DNA of 64,000 bases from an uncultured Acetobacteraceae bacterium (GCA_964244615.1 CAXTJP010000001.1:27488-91487); one strand, 5' to 3'; counted from the stretch's first letter, positions 18,021 to 27,749 are shown. Notes: generated from the sequence alone by a model not told the origin. Translations and numbers: made by a program.

Positions 18021-19242
18021 AACCCCCGCCCTCGACTCCCGCCCGGCGACGGGCAGCCGGTTCTTGCCTGTCGTTCGGATGGCGTTTTGCACCGTGCTGG
18101 CGCGCGACGATGGCGGCGATGGCGACTTCTTCGACCTCGGCGGGGACTCGATCCTGGCGGTCGAACTGTTCCTGACGCTGCGTCGCCTGACGGGCATCGA
18201 GCTGCCGATCACCGCCATCTACGACGCATCCACCGTCGGCAGCCTGGCTGCACTTCTGGATGAGGGCGCGGTTGTCGGCCAGCGCTCCTGCGTGGTGGCG
18301 TTGCGGCCGGCGCGTGCCGGCTGCACCCTGCCCCCGCTCTTTGTGGTGCATGGCATGGGCGGGCTGGCGCTGACGTTCCGCGACATGGCGTCGCGCCTGG
18401 AAGACGGCCGCGCCGTCTATGGCATCGAACCGCAGGGACTGGACGGCACGCAAACCCCCTTGGAAACGGTCGAGTCGATGGCGGCGCTGTACCTCGACGC
18501 GGTTCGCGCCATCCAGCCCTGCGGCCCCTATGCCTTCGCCGGCTACTCCTTCGGCGGCCTGGTGGCCTTCGAGATGGCGTGCAGGCTGCACGAGCAGGGC
18601 TGCGTCGTCGAACCGCTCATCCTGCTGGACAGCTTCTCGCATCCGCAGCGCTGGCCGATGGACGCCCGCCTGTACGCGCTGCGTTCGCTGCTGCCGACCT
18701 ATCTCTCGGGCGGAGCCGTTCGGCGGCTGCTCGACTATTACGTCCGTCGCATCCGGGCGCTGCCGAAGGCCTCGGTTCCCGCCTACCTGGCGGGTGCCCT
18801 GTTGCGGGCCGTGCGGTCGCCCCTCGATGTCGGGCGAGCGGGGTTTGCGACGCGCATGGCAGCCTCGGCGCAGCGTTATGCGCCGCCCGACACGGCCGAA
18901 ACGGCGCTGCCGGCCTTGGCACAGGTGACACGCGCCTGCCATCGCGCGTTCCGCGCCTATGCACCCGGCTACCTTCCCGGGCCGTTGACGATCGTCAAGG
19001 CGGAGCAGGAGGATTTCCTGCCGTTCTCGCCAAGGCTGGTCTGGCGACGTCATTGCCTGCGCGTCACAGTCAGGCGCGTGCCGGGCGGCCACCAGCGTCT
19101 CGTCCGCCTGGGCTCGGCATCGCTCGCGGCCGAACTGTCCGCCTGCCTGGCGGCAGCAGCGGACGAGGCCGGCTCGGCAGCGATGCCCGATCGGACCGCG
19201 CTGCCAGCGGCCACCGGCTGGCCCGCCGGCCAGTGCGCATGA
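18004..19242 (+). CDS. Carrier protein (phosphopantetheine-binding) fused to thioesterase
   Basis: DFFDLGGDSILAVELF carries the Ppant Ser; the TE domain has LFVVHGMGG, GYSFGG (GxSxG), LLDS and a C-terminal GGH. Confidence 0.87.
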   Translation: MTVWPETPALDSRPATGSRFLPVVRMAFCTVLARDDGGDGDFFDLGGDSILAVELFLTLRRLTGIELPITAIYDASTVGSLAALLDEGAVVGQRSCVVALRPARAGCTLPPLFVVHGMGGLALTFRDMASRLEDGRAVYGIEPQGLDGTQTPLETVESMAALYLDAVRAIQPCGPYAFAGYSFGGLVAFEMACRLHEQGCVVEPLILLDSFSHPQRWPMDARLYALRSLLPTYLSGGAVRRLLDYYVRRIRALPKASVPAYLAGALLRAVRSPLDVGRAGFATRMAASAQRYAPPDTAETALPALAQVTRACHRAFRAYAPGYLPGPLTIVKAEQEDFLPFSPRLVWRRHCLRVTVRRVPGGHQRLVRLGSASLAAELSACLAAAADEAGSAAMPDRTALPAATGWPAGQCA

Positions 19243-20786
19243 TGCCGTGTCCCACGCTGGACGGGGGCGATGCCGCGGCGCTGCTGCGGACCTTGCCGGA
19301 CAGCATTTCCGAGATGCTGGCGGCATCGGTGCGGGAGGGGCCGCACCGGTTGGCCGTCACCGACGAGACTGGTCGCTGGACATACGCGGACCTTGCCGCC
19401 GGCGTGGACGCAGCGATGGCCGTATTGGCAGAAAACGGGCTCGGCAGCGGCATGCGGGTGCTGCTGCTGGGCGAGAACCGCCGCGCGACGGTGGCCATGC
19501 TGTTGGCCGTGCTGGCAGCGGGGGCCTGGGCCGTGCCGCTCAATCCCAGGATGGCGCAGGCGGAGCTCGACGGCATACGCGATCATGCCGACGCGTTCAT
19601 GGCGGTGTACTGCCTGGACGAAGCGCCGCAGGTGCGCGCGCATGCCGCGCGTTACGGCGCGGACCTGATCGACGTGCCGGGCGTGGGCAGGATCGGCCTC
19701 GAACGGATCGGCGGCGGCGATCAGGTGGCGGCAGCCAACGGACGCGTGGCCGTCCTGATCTACACGTCCGGCAGTTCCGGCACGCCGAAGGGCGTGATGC
19801 TGACGCACCGCAACCTGTTGTTCATGGCAGCCGCGTCGGGTGCGGTACGGACGCTGGGGCCGGCCGACCGGCTTTACCTCGTGCTGCCGCTTTCGCATAT
19901 CGTGGGGCTTGCGGTGATCCTGCTGGGCGGCCTGTTGCATGGCGCCACGGTGCAGCTTGCTTCACAGTTCCGGCCGCGCGAACTGTTCCGCGCGTTGGCG
20001 GAGGACGGCGTCACCATCCTGCTCGGCACGCCGGCGCTGCTGACGTTCCTGCTGGACCATGCGCGGACGCGGCCCGCGCCCTCGACACCGCGGCTGCGTA
20101 TCGTGTCGGTCTCCGGCGCGCCGCTGGACCAGGCCACCAAGGTGCGCGCCGAAGCCCTGTTCGGGCTGACCCTGCATCATGGCTACGGCATTACCGAATG
20201 CGCGCCCACCATCGCCCAGACACGCCCCGAGGCGCCGCGGTCCGACTGCTCGGTCGGCCGTCTGCTGCCGGGGATGCAGGCGCGCCTGGTCGACCCGGCC
20301 TCCGGCCTGGCGGCGCGCGACACCGGCGAACTGCACGTGCGGGGGCCAAACATCATGCTCGGCTACTTCCGCGCGGAGGAGGAGACCGCGCGCCTGTTGG
20401 ATCGGGACGGCTGGTTCAACACCGGCGACCTCGCGCGCGTCGAGGACGGACATCTGTTCATCGTCGGCCGCACCAAGGAGATGGTGATCCGCTTCGGGTT
20501 CAACGTCTATCCGGCTGAGATCGAGGCCGTGCTGGTAACGCATCCGGGCGTCAGGGCCTGCGCGGTCGTCGGGCACAGCGATGGCGGCGAGGAGCAACTG
20601 ATCGCGTTCGTCGAACCGCTTCCCGGTCGGGACGTGACCGCGGAGAGGCTGATGCGTCACGCGGCTGAGCATCTGGCCTCCTACAAGCGCCCGAGCCGGC
20701 TGGTGCTGCTGCCCGCCTTGCCGATGACACTCTCCGGCAAGGTGCGGAAGTCGGAGCTGATGCAGCTCGCCTGCGTGCCCGCGTGA
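19239..20786 (+). CDS. Stand-alone adenylate-forming enzyme (acyl-CoA/acyl-carrier ligase class)
   Basis: Motifs YTSGSSGTPKG, HGYGITE, NTGDL, GRTKE and SGKVRK; ATGA overlap with the carrier-TE gene. Confidence 0.9.
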   Translation: MMPCPTLDGGDAAALLRTLPDSISEMLAASVREGPHRLAVTDETGRWTYADLAAGVDAAMAVLAENGLGSGMRVLLLGENRRATVAMLLAVLAAGAWAVPLNPRMAQAELDGIRDHADAFMAVYCLDEAPQVRAHAARYGADLIDVPGVGRIGLERIGGGDQVAAANGRVAVLIYTSGSSGTPKGVMLTHRNLLFMAAASGAVRTLGPADRLYLVLPLSHIVGLAVILLGGLLHGATVQLASQFRPRELFRALAEDGVTILLGTPALLTFLLDHARTRPAPSTPRLRIVSVSGAPLDQATKVRAEALFGLTLHHGYGITECAPTIAQTRPEAPRSDCSVGRLLPGMQARLVDPASGLAARDTGELHVRGPNIMLGYFRAEEETARLLDRDGWFNTGDLARVEDGHLFIVGRTKEMVIRFGFNVYPAEIEAVLVTHPGVRACAVVGHSDGGEEQLIAFVEPLPGRDVTAERLMRHAAEHLASYKRPSRLVLLPALPMTLSGKVRKSELMQLACVPA

Positions 20787-20820
20787 GGACGTTTCGCGGC
20801 CGGCCCCGGCGAGCGCGGGC

Positions 20821-22152
20821 ATGACACCGCCGCCGAGCATGGGGGCTGCCACGCCGTTGGCATTGGCACGAACGGCCCCGGCCGCGAGCGAAGTCTCAAC
20901 GACGAGGCAGCGCCGTGGCCCTGTGGATGGCACGCCAGGCCAGCCCGGCTCCACGCCCGCCGACAGGCTCGCCTGGCTGGATGCCATGCGGCTGCTCACC
21001 ATGGTCGAGATCCTGGGCTTTCACTGGCTGAGAACGTGCCAGGAGAACGGCAGCTTCGGACTGACCTGGTCGCCAGGATACGAGGACGTGGGCAGGGGAT
21101 TGCACCAGATCGGTTACTTGCTGACCGACCAGACGGGTTTGTCGGCAGCGTCGTTCTGCAACAACCTGATCGGCCTTGTTTTCGGCTATGGCTGGGAGGC
21201 GGTGAACGTGTTCGTGATGCTGAGCGGCATCGGCCTGGCGCTCAGCTACCGTCGCGGCACGGCTCTGCGGCCCTGGTATGCGCGGCGATACCGACGCATT
21301 CTCGTGCCGTACTACCTGGCCTGCTTTCCGCTGATACTCGCAGCCGAAATGCTCAGGCAGGTCGGCAGCGGGCGTCCGGGCATGCTCGGTCATCTCGCCG
21401 CCAAGCTCACCGTCAAGAACCTGCCCGATCCGCTGGGCATCGAACTGGCCAAGCACCTGGTCCTGATCGACCCGCGGCAGTTTCTCGGCATCATCGACTT
21501 CTTCTCGCCGGCCTGGTGGTTCTTGCCGCCGATCCTGTTCGCCTACCTGCTGTTTCCAGGCCTCGTCTGGTTGTTCGACCGCCTGGGTGCTGCTCCCGTG
21601 CTGGCGGCGGCGTTCGTCATCTCACTGTCGGCGTACGAGCTCACCCATTTCGGCCTGCTGCCCGAGCACGGCTGGTACTTCGTGGCGCTGCACGAATGCT
21701 TCGACTTCAACCTTGCGATCTGGGTGGGCCTTCGTCTGCGCAGCGATGGCGGCCGGGCGCACATCGCGCGTTGGCTGCGCTCGCCCACGGCTTTGGCGAT
21801 CGGCGCGGCCGCTTTCGTGGCCGGCAACGTGTTGAGCTGGTTTTCGCCGACGCATTTCGTCGCCAGCTGCGTGTTCGCGCCCGGGCTTGCGATCCTGTTG
21901 GGCTGGATGTCGATCCATCTGACCCGCCTGCACTGGACGGCTGGCGCAGCCCGGAGGTGGGACACGTATTTCATCTATCTTCTGCACCAGTGGATCGCCT
22001 TTCCTCTTGTGCTTGCCACCGCGCTGCTGGCTGGTCCGTTGGCCCATTCCGTCGGCTTCGCGGCAGGAATGCTGGCCTATCTCTGCCTCGTGCTGCTCGT
22101 GGTGGCCGTGTTTTCCCGGACAGTGGCGTACCTGCCTGCAGCTTTGCGGTAA
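20821..22152 (+). CDS. Acyltransferase family 3 membrane protein (divergent)
   Basis: Motifs WLDAMRLL, AVNVFVMLSG, RRYRRILVPYY, WWFLPP and TYFIYLLH; multi-TM. Confidence 0.78.
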   Translation: MTPPPSMGAATPLALARTAPAASEVSTTRQRRGPVDGTPGQPGSTPADRLAWLDAMRLLTMVEILGFHWLRTCQENGSFGLTWSPGYEDVGRGLHQIGYLLTDQTGLSAASFCNNLIGLVFGYGWEAVNVFVMLSGIGLALSYRRGTALRPWYARRYRRILVPYYLACFPLILAAEMLRQVGSGRPGMLGHLAAKLTVKNLPDPLGIELAKHLVLIDPRQFLGIIDFFSPAWWFLPPILFAYLLFPGLVWLFDRLGAAPVLAAAFVISLSAYELTHFGLLPEHGWYFVALHECFDFNLAIWVGLRLRSDGGRAHIARWLRSPTALAIGAAAFVAGNVLSWFSPTHFVASCVFAPGLAILLGWMSIHLTRLHWTAGAARRWDTYFIYLLHQWIAFPLVLATALLAGPLAHSVGFAAGMLAYLCLVLLVVAVFSRTVAYLPAALR

Positions 22153-22167
22153 GCGACGCCACGGCGA

Positions 22168-23526
22168 TCAGAGAAAGGTGCTGGCCGTCTGTTCAAGCGG
22201 CCGCCGGGAGAGAGCGGCGTGCTTGGGGCCGGCGTCCACCATGCCGACATGCTTGGCCCTCCAGCGGGCGAGCATACGCGCCAGCAATCCACGGTCGGGC
22301 CACGGCAGACGCACCAGTTCGGCCAGCAAGCGCGGATCGTCCCAGGGGACGTCATGGAAGGCTTCGTGCAGGGCCGGCATGGTCGGGTCCTGCCGCCAGG
22401 CCTGGGGGAACAACGCGATCGTCTTGTTGACCGTCGACGGTTCGCTCGACACGGCGAGGCCGGTCATCGTGCCTGCCAAAGCCGACATGGGATCGCATCC
22501 CACCCCCAGGGCCAAGGATGCCAGCGGCGTGCTTCTGCCGTTCAACTCGATGAGATGTGCCCGGCCGGTGGCGGATTCCACGATGAAATCCAGGCCGCAA
22601 AACCCCGACAGGCCGAGCTGCCCGACGAGTTGCTCCGCCATGTCGCGCATCTCGGCGTTGTCGGTGACCTGCACCACGGTGGACGCACCGACTTCGGTTC
22701 TTGCCTTGAGGACGTTGACGTATATGCCGCCCAGCACACGCCCTCGCCTGCAGGACACCACGCAGTTTGCCGGATGACCCTCGACGTACCGTTGCAAACT
22801 GACGCGCGGCACGGCACGGGAAAGACAAGGCAGCACGTGAAACGCGTCGCGGTCGACAAGCAAGCGTTTGAGGGCGCGCACGACCGGCAACGGCCGCGAC
22901 AGCTTTTCGAAGGCTGCCTCGGCCTGGGCGGCGCTTCGAACGACCACCACACCCAGACCGCCCCAGGTCCCGTCCACCTTCATCACAGCCGCCGCGCCCA
23001 GCGCTTCGAACGCAACGCCGGCAGACGCGGCCGAGTTGACCTCCAACGTCTCAGGCGCACGCAGCCCGGCCGATCGCGCACAGCGTATGAGTTCGACCCG
23101 GCTGTCCACGATCGGGAAGCTCGCGGGAGAGCCCAGGGAACGCTCGAGAATATCGCGCCGATGTGTATCGGACCGTTCGTAGAGGCAGTGGAGATGCGAC
23201 AGCGCCCGGTCGTCGCACGGCACCACCAGATCGGGTCTCGCTGTCCCGATCGCCTTGCCAAGCGAACCGATGGGACGCACTGCAGAATAACGATGCAGCC
23301 GGTGCACGCCCCGGGTCTTGTAAAGCGGATGTCCGACCGGGCAAACCGCCTCGACGCGAAACCCCAGTTTGTTGAACCGCGCGGCCATGCGTGCAGCAAA
23401 CGCCCACCATACCGTCGTGGTGAGAAGGACGGTCGGCACTTTCGCTCCGACATGCAACAGGTCGCCACCGTGCGGTAGGTCCAGTTGCGCGTGCAGGTGT
23501 GCGAGCGAGCTCGAAAGCGAAGTCAT
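22168..23526 (-). CDS. ATP-grasp domain protein
   Basis: Motifs VVPCDD, VMKVDGTWGGLGV, LQRYVEG, GLSGFCGLDFI and LIELNGR; start placed at ATG 23526. Confidence 0.8.
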   Translation of the reverse strand: MTSLSSSLAHLHAQLDLPHGGDLLHVGAKVPTVLLTTTVWWAFAARMAARFNKLGFRVEAVCPVGHPLYKTRGVHRLHRYSAVRPIGSLGKAIGTARPDLVVPCDDRALSHLHCLYERSDTHRRDILERSLGSPASFPIVDSRVELIRCARSAGLRAPETLEVNSAASAGVAFEALGAAAVMKVDGTWGGLGVVVVRSAAQAEAAFEKLSRPLPVVRALKRLLVDRDAFHVLPCLSRAVPRVSLQRYVEGHPANCVVSCRRGRVLGGIYVNVLKARTEVGASTVVQVTDNAEMRDMAEQLVGQLGLSGFCGLDFIVESATGRAHLIELNGRSTPLASLALGVGCDPMSALAGTMTGLAVSSEPSTVNKTIALFPQAWRQDPTMPALHEAFHDVPWDDPRLLAELVRLPWPDRGLLARMLARWRAKHVGMVDAGPKHAALSRRPLEQTASTFL

Positions 23527-24030
23527 GGACGCGATACGCACCCTCTCACCAGTATACGGTATCGACAGCCTCCCCGGGGAGCGCGTCCCATGGGAGCTTT
23601 CTTCTTCAACCAGCCGCTTGACACGCCGACACGACAAACACCCTTCTGTCAGAAGACGTTGCCGACCGGACATGAAAGGACGAGGAGCCACTGCACGGCG
23701 CGATCCAGCGCAAGTCTGCTCGGAAGATCAATCCGGAGAAGCTGCGCCAAACCAAGTTCTACATGGCAAGATATCGTCGACAAAGTCAACGATTGTGGTG
23801 ATCCCGACGGCCAGGATTCGCAGGATCAAATAGTCCTTTGAGTCATGGCGGGCTCTGCATGCTGCCATCGACGGTTGCAGACTTTCCCGCTGAACCTGAA
23901 AAGTCGGCGTGTCCGAAGGGAGCGAGCCTGTTCACCGCCGGCGCCAGGACAGTCCAGCATGGTCGCCGGCTCACGATGTTCCGCGTCCGAAAGACCTGTA
24001 GTGTCCGCCTGCGCCATGCTATGCCAAGCA

Positions 24031-25134
24031 ATGGGAACCGCGACCCTTGCTTCTCTGCGCACCGGGCGACCGGACTTCCCGACGATCCAGGTTCTGCGAG
24101 CCCTGGCGGCCTTGATGGTCGTGGCCTTCCATGCCTTGGAAGCGTGGCAACGATTGCTGGATCCACGACACGCGACGGCCGCCTGGCCGAACGGGTCTGC
24201 CGGGGTCGATCTGTTTTTCGTCATCAGCGGCTTCGTCATCGCTATCGCCTCGCGCAGCCTGGCAGGCGGCCCGCTTGGCTGGCGCCTGTTTCTCATGCGG
24301 CGGTTGCAACGGATCGTCCCTCTGTACTGGCTGCTGACCACGTGCATGCTGGCCATGGTGCTCCTCGCGCCAGCGCTCGCGCCGCATATCCAGCCCGGTG
24401 TCTGGAACACCGCAGCGTCGTACCTGTTCGTCCCGTCTTACGACAGGGCAGGCCTGCTGCGGCCTGTGCTCACGGTGGGCTGGACCCTCAACTTCGAAAT
24501 GCTGTTCTACGTCCTGTTCGCAGCCGCCCTCGCCTGGCGGATTGCACCGCTCAAGCTGCTCCTGCCGATCCTGCTGCCGCTGGCGCTGCTCGGTTTCTTT
24601 CGCCTTGACAGCTGGCCGGCCGTGACGTCGCTCGCCAACAGCCTGGTGCTGGAGTTCTGCTTCGGGATCGTGGTGGCCCAGATCCACATGTCAGGCCGTC
24701 GCGTCTCGCCTGCCTGGGCCTGGTGTCTTTTGGTCGGTGGTTGCTGCCTGCTACCGACCTTGCCTGACGCGGGTGCTGCACGCGGGTTGGTTTGGGGCCT
24801 TCCGGCGGCCGCGATCGTGTTGGGCGCGACGATGCTGGAGCCTGTACTGGGGCCGTATATCCCGGTCCTCGCTCTTGAGCTCGGTGATGCCTCCTACGCC
24901 ATCTACCTGGTACACCCGTTCATCGTTCCGGCGCTGGCTCATGGGTTCCGACACCTGCCTGTGTCGCGCGGTGCGCTGCTGTTCATCGAAGTCGGCGCCT
25001 CGATACTGGCAAGCGGGCTCGCCGGCAGACTGCTCAACCAGCGTTTGGAACGGCCTATGCTGGCCTGGTTCAGGCGTGGACGCCCGCAGCGCAGCGTGGA
25101 GGCCGCTCAGCCTGTGCCAATGGGCACGGCCTGA
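24031..25134 (+). CDS. Acyltransferase family 3 (ExoZ/OafA-like)
   Basis: Motifs IQVLRALAALMVVAFH, GVDLFFVISGFVI, RRLQRIVPLYW, VGWTLNFEMLFY and GDASYAIYLVH. Confidence 0.88.
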   Translation: MGTATLASLRTGRPDFPTIQVLRALAALMVVAFHALEAWQRLLDPRHATAAWPNGSAGVDLFFVISGFVIAIASRSLAGGPLGWRLFLMRRLQRIVPLYWLLTTCMLAMVLLAPALAPHIQPGVWNTAASYLFVPSYDRAGLLRPVLTVGWTLNFEMLFYVLFAAALAWRIAPLKLLLPILLPLALLGFFRLDSWPAVTSLANSLVLEFCFGIVVAQIHMSGRRVSPAWAWCLLVGGCCLLPTLPDAGAARGLVWGLPAAAIVLGATMLEPVLGPYIPVLALELGDASYAIYLVHPFIVPALAHGFRHLPVSRGALLFIEVGASILASGLAGRLLNQRLERPMLAWFRRGRPQRSVEAAQPVPMGTA

Positions 25135-25211
25135 TCGTCGCGAGAAGTCCCAAAGACTCCGTCGCGGCCCATGGCCACCCTTGTCGAACCGTCGGTCAGG
25201 TCAGCCCGTCG

Positions 25212-27185
25212 TCAATCGGGCTTCGTCACGGCAAGGACGAGCGTGTCCCAGCGAGACAGCGAAACCGGCAGAGTGATCAGGCCGGCTTGCGCGTCGATGA
25301 CGGTGCTGGTTGCCTTGAACAAGTCCGAGACCTGGGCTCGTGCGATACCCAGATCGGCCAAGGTCACCGTGCCGGATGCGCTGTCAGCCATGGGCCCGGT
25401 CGAAGGATTGCTGATGACCAAGATCAGCCGCCCGTTCTGGTCATAGAACCCGAAGCAGGCCAGACCCGCGGACAGCTTGAGCGGCTGGTTGGTCAAGGCG
25501 GCAAACTCGCCGGGCGAGCTGACGACCGGCGCTATGGAAGTGAGCGCCTGCAGCTCGGATGGCGGCAGCAAGCTGGTGCCGCCGATCACCGCCCATGCCG
25601 AAGGTGCATTGTTCGTGCCGGCTTTGATGCTGCCGAGCGCTGCATCGGAGACGTAGTAGCCGACCGGACCGCCGCCATCGATGAAGGTCTGCAGGTCCGT
25701 CGCGGACAGGTAGCCACCGACCGAGAGGCCCGCACCGTGGCTGGCGGCGCCGGCCCGTTCGACGGCACGCTCGATGGCGGCCGAGTAGTACAGAGCCGCC
25801 CCGAACGGCCGGGTCGGCACGATGGACTGTATCAAGGAGGTGAGAGGGTCCAACGCGCTGAGCGTTCCGACATCCCAGTAATCGCGTGTGGTGTAGGCAA
25901 GCGCCCGCCGCACCCGGCCAGCTTGGTCGGCGACATGCGCCCAGGCCGACCACAGCCACAGGCGCTTCATTAGCTTGTAGCCGACCTCCTGCCGCGTCGC
26001 CTGGTCCAGCGTGGGGTAGAATTGCGCGATGGCCTGCCAGTAGGCGCTGTCATCGGCCTCCAGGTTGGCGCCGTTTCGCAATCTCGGCTCGCGTGCGGCA
26101 GCGACGGCGAAGCCGGAAAGCTCGCCTACGGGAGAGACCGCGACCGGCCCCTGGCGATCGGCCTGGATCAGGTGATCGTCCCATGTGCACAGGTATGATC
26201 TCGGGTTTATATGAGCCACGAGAATGCGCTCGTCATTGCCGACCATGCGGCGATAGGACGGAGTCTCCGCACATTGATCGACGACCAGCCCGGTCCGGCC
26301 CGCGGCGCCGCCTACGCGCAGGGCCAGTGCTCGGTAGAAGGCGCCGTAGCCCGCCGAGAGGAAGTCGTTCCACTGGTTGAACGCATTCCGTACGATCCAG
26401 TCTGCCTGGGCCGGTACCGTGGCGCCCTGGATCGTCAGCGACGGGTAGGCCTTGGCGAACGCGGACACGATGCGCGGGTTGAAGCTTTGGAAGCTGGAGG
26501 GCCGGTCGGGCTGGCTGTCGGTGAAATCCGAAAGGATCAGGCCGTAGGCGCCGGACAATGCCGATGTCAGGGACCAACGATAGGCATAATCGTCGCCCCA
26601 GTCGCACGCCGTCATGCCAGGCGGACAATCGGCCGTGTCGAGCGGCGTGAGCGGGCTGATGTGGCCCCACTGACCGCCCCAGGATCTGTAGTAGCTCTCC
26701 GTCGGCATGGCGCCTCCGTCGAAGCCAAGATCCCAATATTGCGGGTGCGTGGCTACGAAGTTCCGCCAGGCCACAAATTCCGGCTTGTTGTAGAAGCCAA
26801 GGTTGAGATCGTTGACGACGAAGTCAGGTGGGTTCTGGAACGTCCCCGGTGGAAACGAGGCCGCGTACGTGTCTTCCCAACGCTGCAGGCCGGCGGCGGG
26901 AACGATACCGGCGGCTTCGAGCGAAGCGGCAGCATGTTTCGCAGACGCAATATCGTCCGGATTGTCGTAGAACGAACTCGGATTCGCCTGGTAGAACAGG
27001 TTGCCCGGTTCCAGCCCGACTGCGGCCCCGTAGGAATACTGGAAGATGCTGTTTTGGAAAGGCAGTGTTCTGTAGCTGGTCATGCCCACTTGCCCGGCCG
27101 CATCCACCGGCTGACTCATCGCCGCCTGGCACCAGGCGGCCGCTGCTATGCTGATGGGAACGATGTATCGACGAAAATCCGACAT
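25212..27185 (-). CDS. Large secreted protein of unknown function, possibly glycoside-hydrolase-like
   Basis: 657 aa from ATG 27185 with a signal-peptide-like MSDFRRYIVPISIAAAAWCQA; rich in Trp/Tyr/Asp; the GH assignment is only an impression. Confidence 0.65.
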   Translation of the reverse strand: MSDFRRYIVPISIAAAAWCQAAMSQPVDAAGQVGMTSYRTLPFQNSIFQYSYGAAVGLEPGNLFYQANPSSFYDNPDDIASAKHAAASLEAAGIVPAAGLQRWEDTYAASFPPGTFQNPPDFVVNDLNLGFYNKPEFVAWRNFVATHPQYWDLGFDGGAMPTESYYRSWGGQWGHISPLTPLDTADCPPGMTACDWGDDYAYRWSLTSALSGAYGLILSDFTDSQPDRPSSFQSFNPRIVSAFAKAYPSLTIQGATVPAQADWIVRNAFNQWNDFLSAGYGAFYRALALRVGGAAGRTGLVVDQCAETPSYRRMVGNDERILVAHINPRSYLCTWDDHLIQADRQGPVAVSPVGELSGFAVAAAREPRLRNGANLEADDSAYWQAIAQFYPTLDQATRQEVGYKLMKRLWLWSAWAHVADQAGRVRRALAYTTRDYWDVGTLSALDPLTSLIQSIVPTRPFGAALYYSAAIERAVERAGAASHGAGLSVGGYLSATDLQTFIDGGGPVGYYVSDAALGSIKAGTNNAPSAWAVIGGTSLLPPSELQALTSIAPVVSSPGEFAALTNQPLKLSAGLACFGFYDQNGRLILVISNPSTGPMADSASGTVTLADLGIARAQVSDLFKATSTVIDAQAGLITLPVSLSRWDTLVLAVTKPD

Positions 27186-27557
27186 TGCTGTTTCCCGAAT
27201 GGGGGTCGACCGGAGCCTGCCCCTGAACAGATCGATCTCGTTGCGGACACGCCCTTGGACTCGTCGAACATCTGGCTGGACGACGCGCGCCATCCGGCCG
27301 ATCAGGGCCGTTCCGCGCAGCGCTGACACGGCTGATCGCGGCGCGGCATTCTGCATTGCTGGCAAGCCTGGCACAGTGACATGACTATCGGTCTGTAGCA
27401 GGCTCCACGGAAGCTTACAACCTTAAGCTGTCATATGATGACTTATTCTACTCAAGGTAGCGTCTTCTTGTTGCTGCCCATCGTTGCCAGTTGACGTCGT
27501 TTTGCTTAGTCACTATCGTTCCATCAGGGTACAGGTACCAGGGCTCGGTAAGCACTG

Positions 27558-27749
27558 ATGGCGAGGCTTGAAGGTCGTCGCTTCTTGACCCGTCTGATCA
27601 GGGCGCTGTCGGTGCTGATCAGGGCCATACTCCTGACGCCGATCATACTCTGCCTGGCTTTTGCGTGGCTCGTGGCTGCCGCCCTGGCGATGATCGGCAA
27701 CCTTCTCCGCCTGACCCGCAAGTCCGACGCTTCCGGCATGGATCCCTAG
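27558..27749 (+). CDS. Small basic/hydrophobic membrane protein
   Basis: 63-aa ORF with an Arg-rich N-terminus and a long hydrophobic stretch, lying after an AT-rich promoter-like region. Confidence 0.4.
   Translation: MARLEGRRFLTRLIRALSVLIRAILLTPIILCLAFAWLVAAALAMIGNLLRLTRKSDASGMDP

Noticed and set aside
23773-23793. Imperfect dyad ATCGTCGAC-AAA-GTCAACGAT between the ATP-grasp and acyltransferase genes
   Set aside because: A single imperfect palindrome with no nearby regulator or second copy to support it
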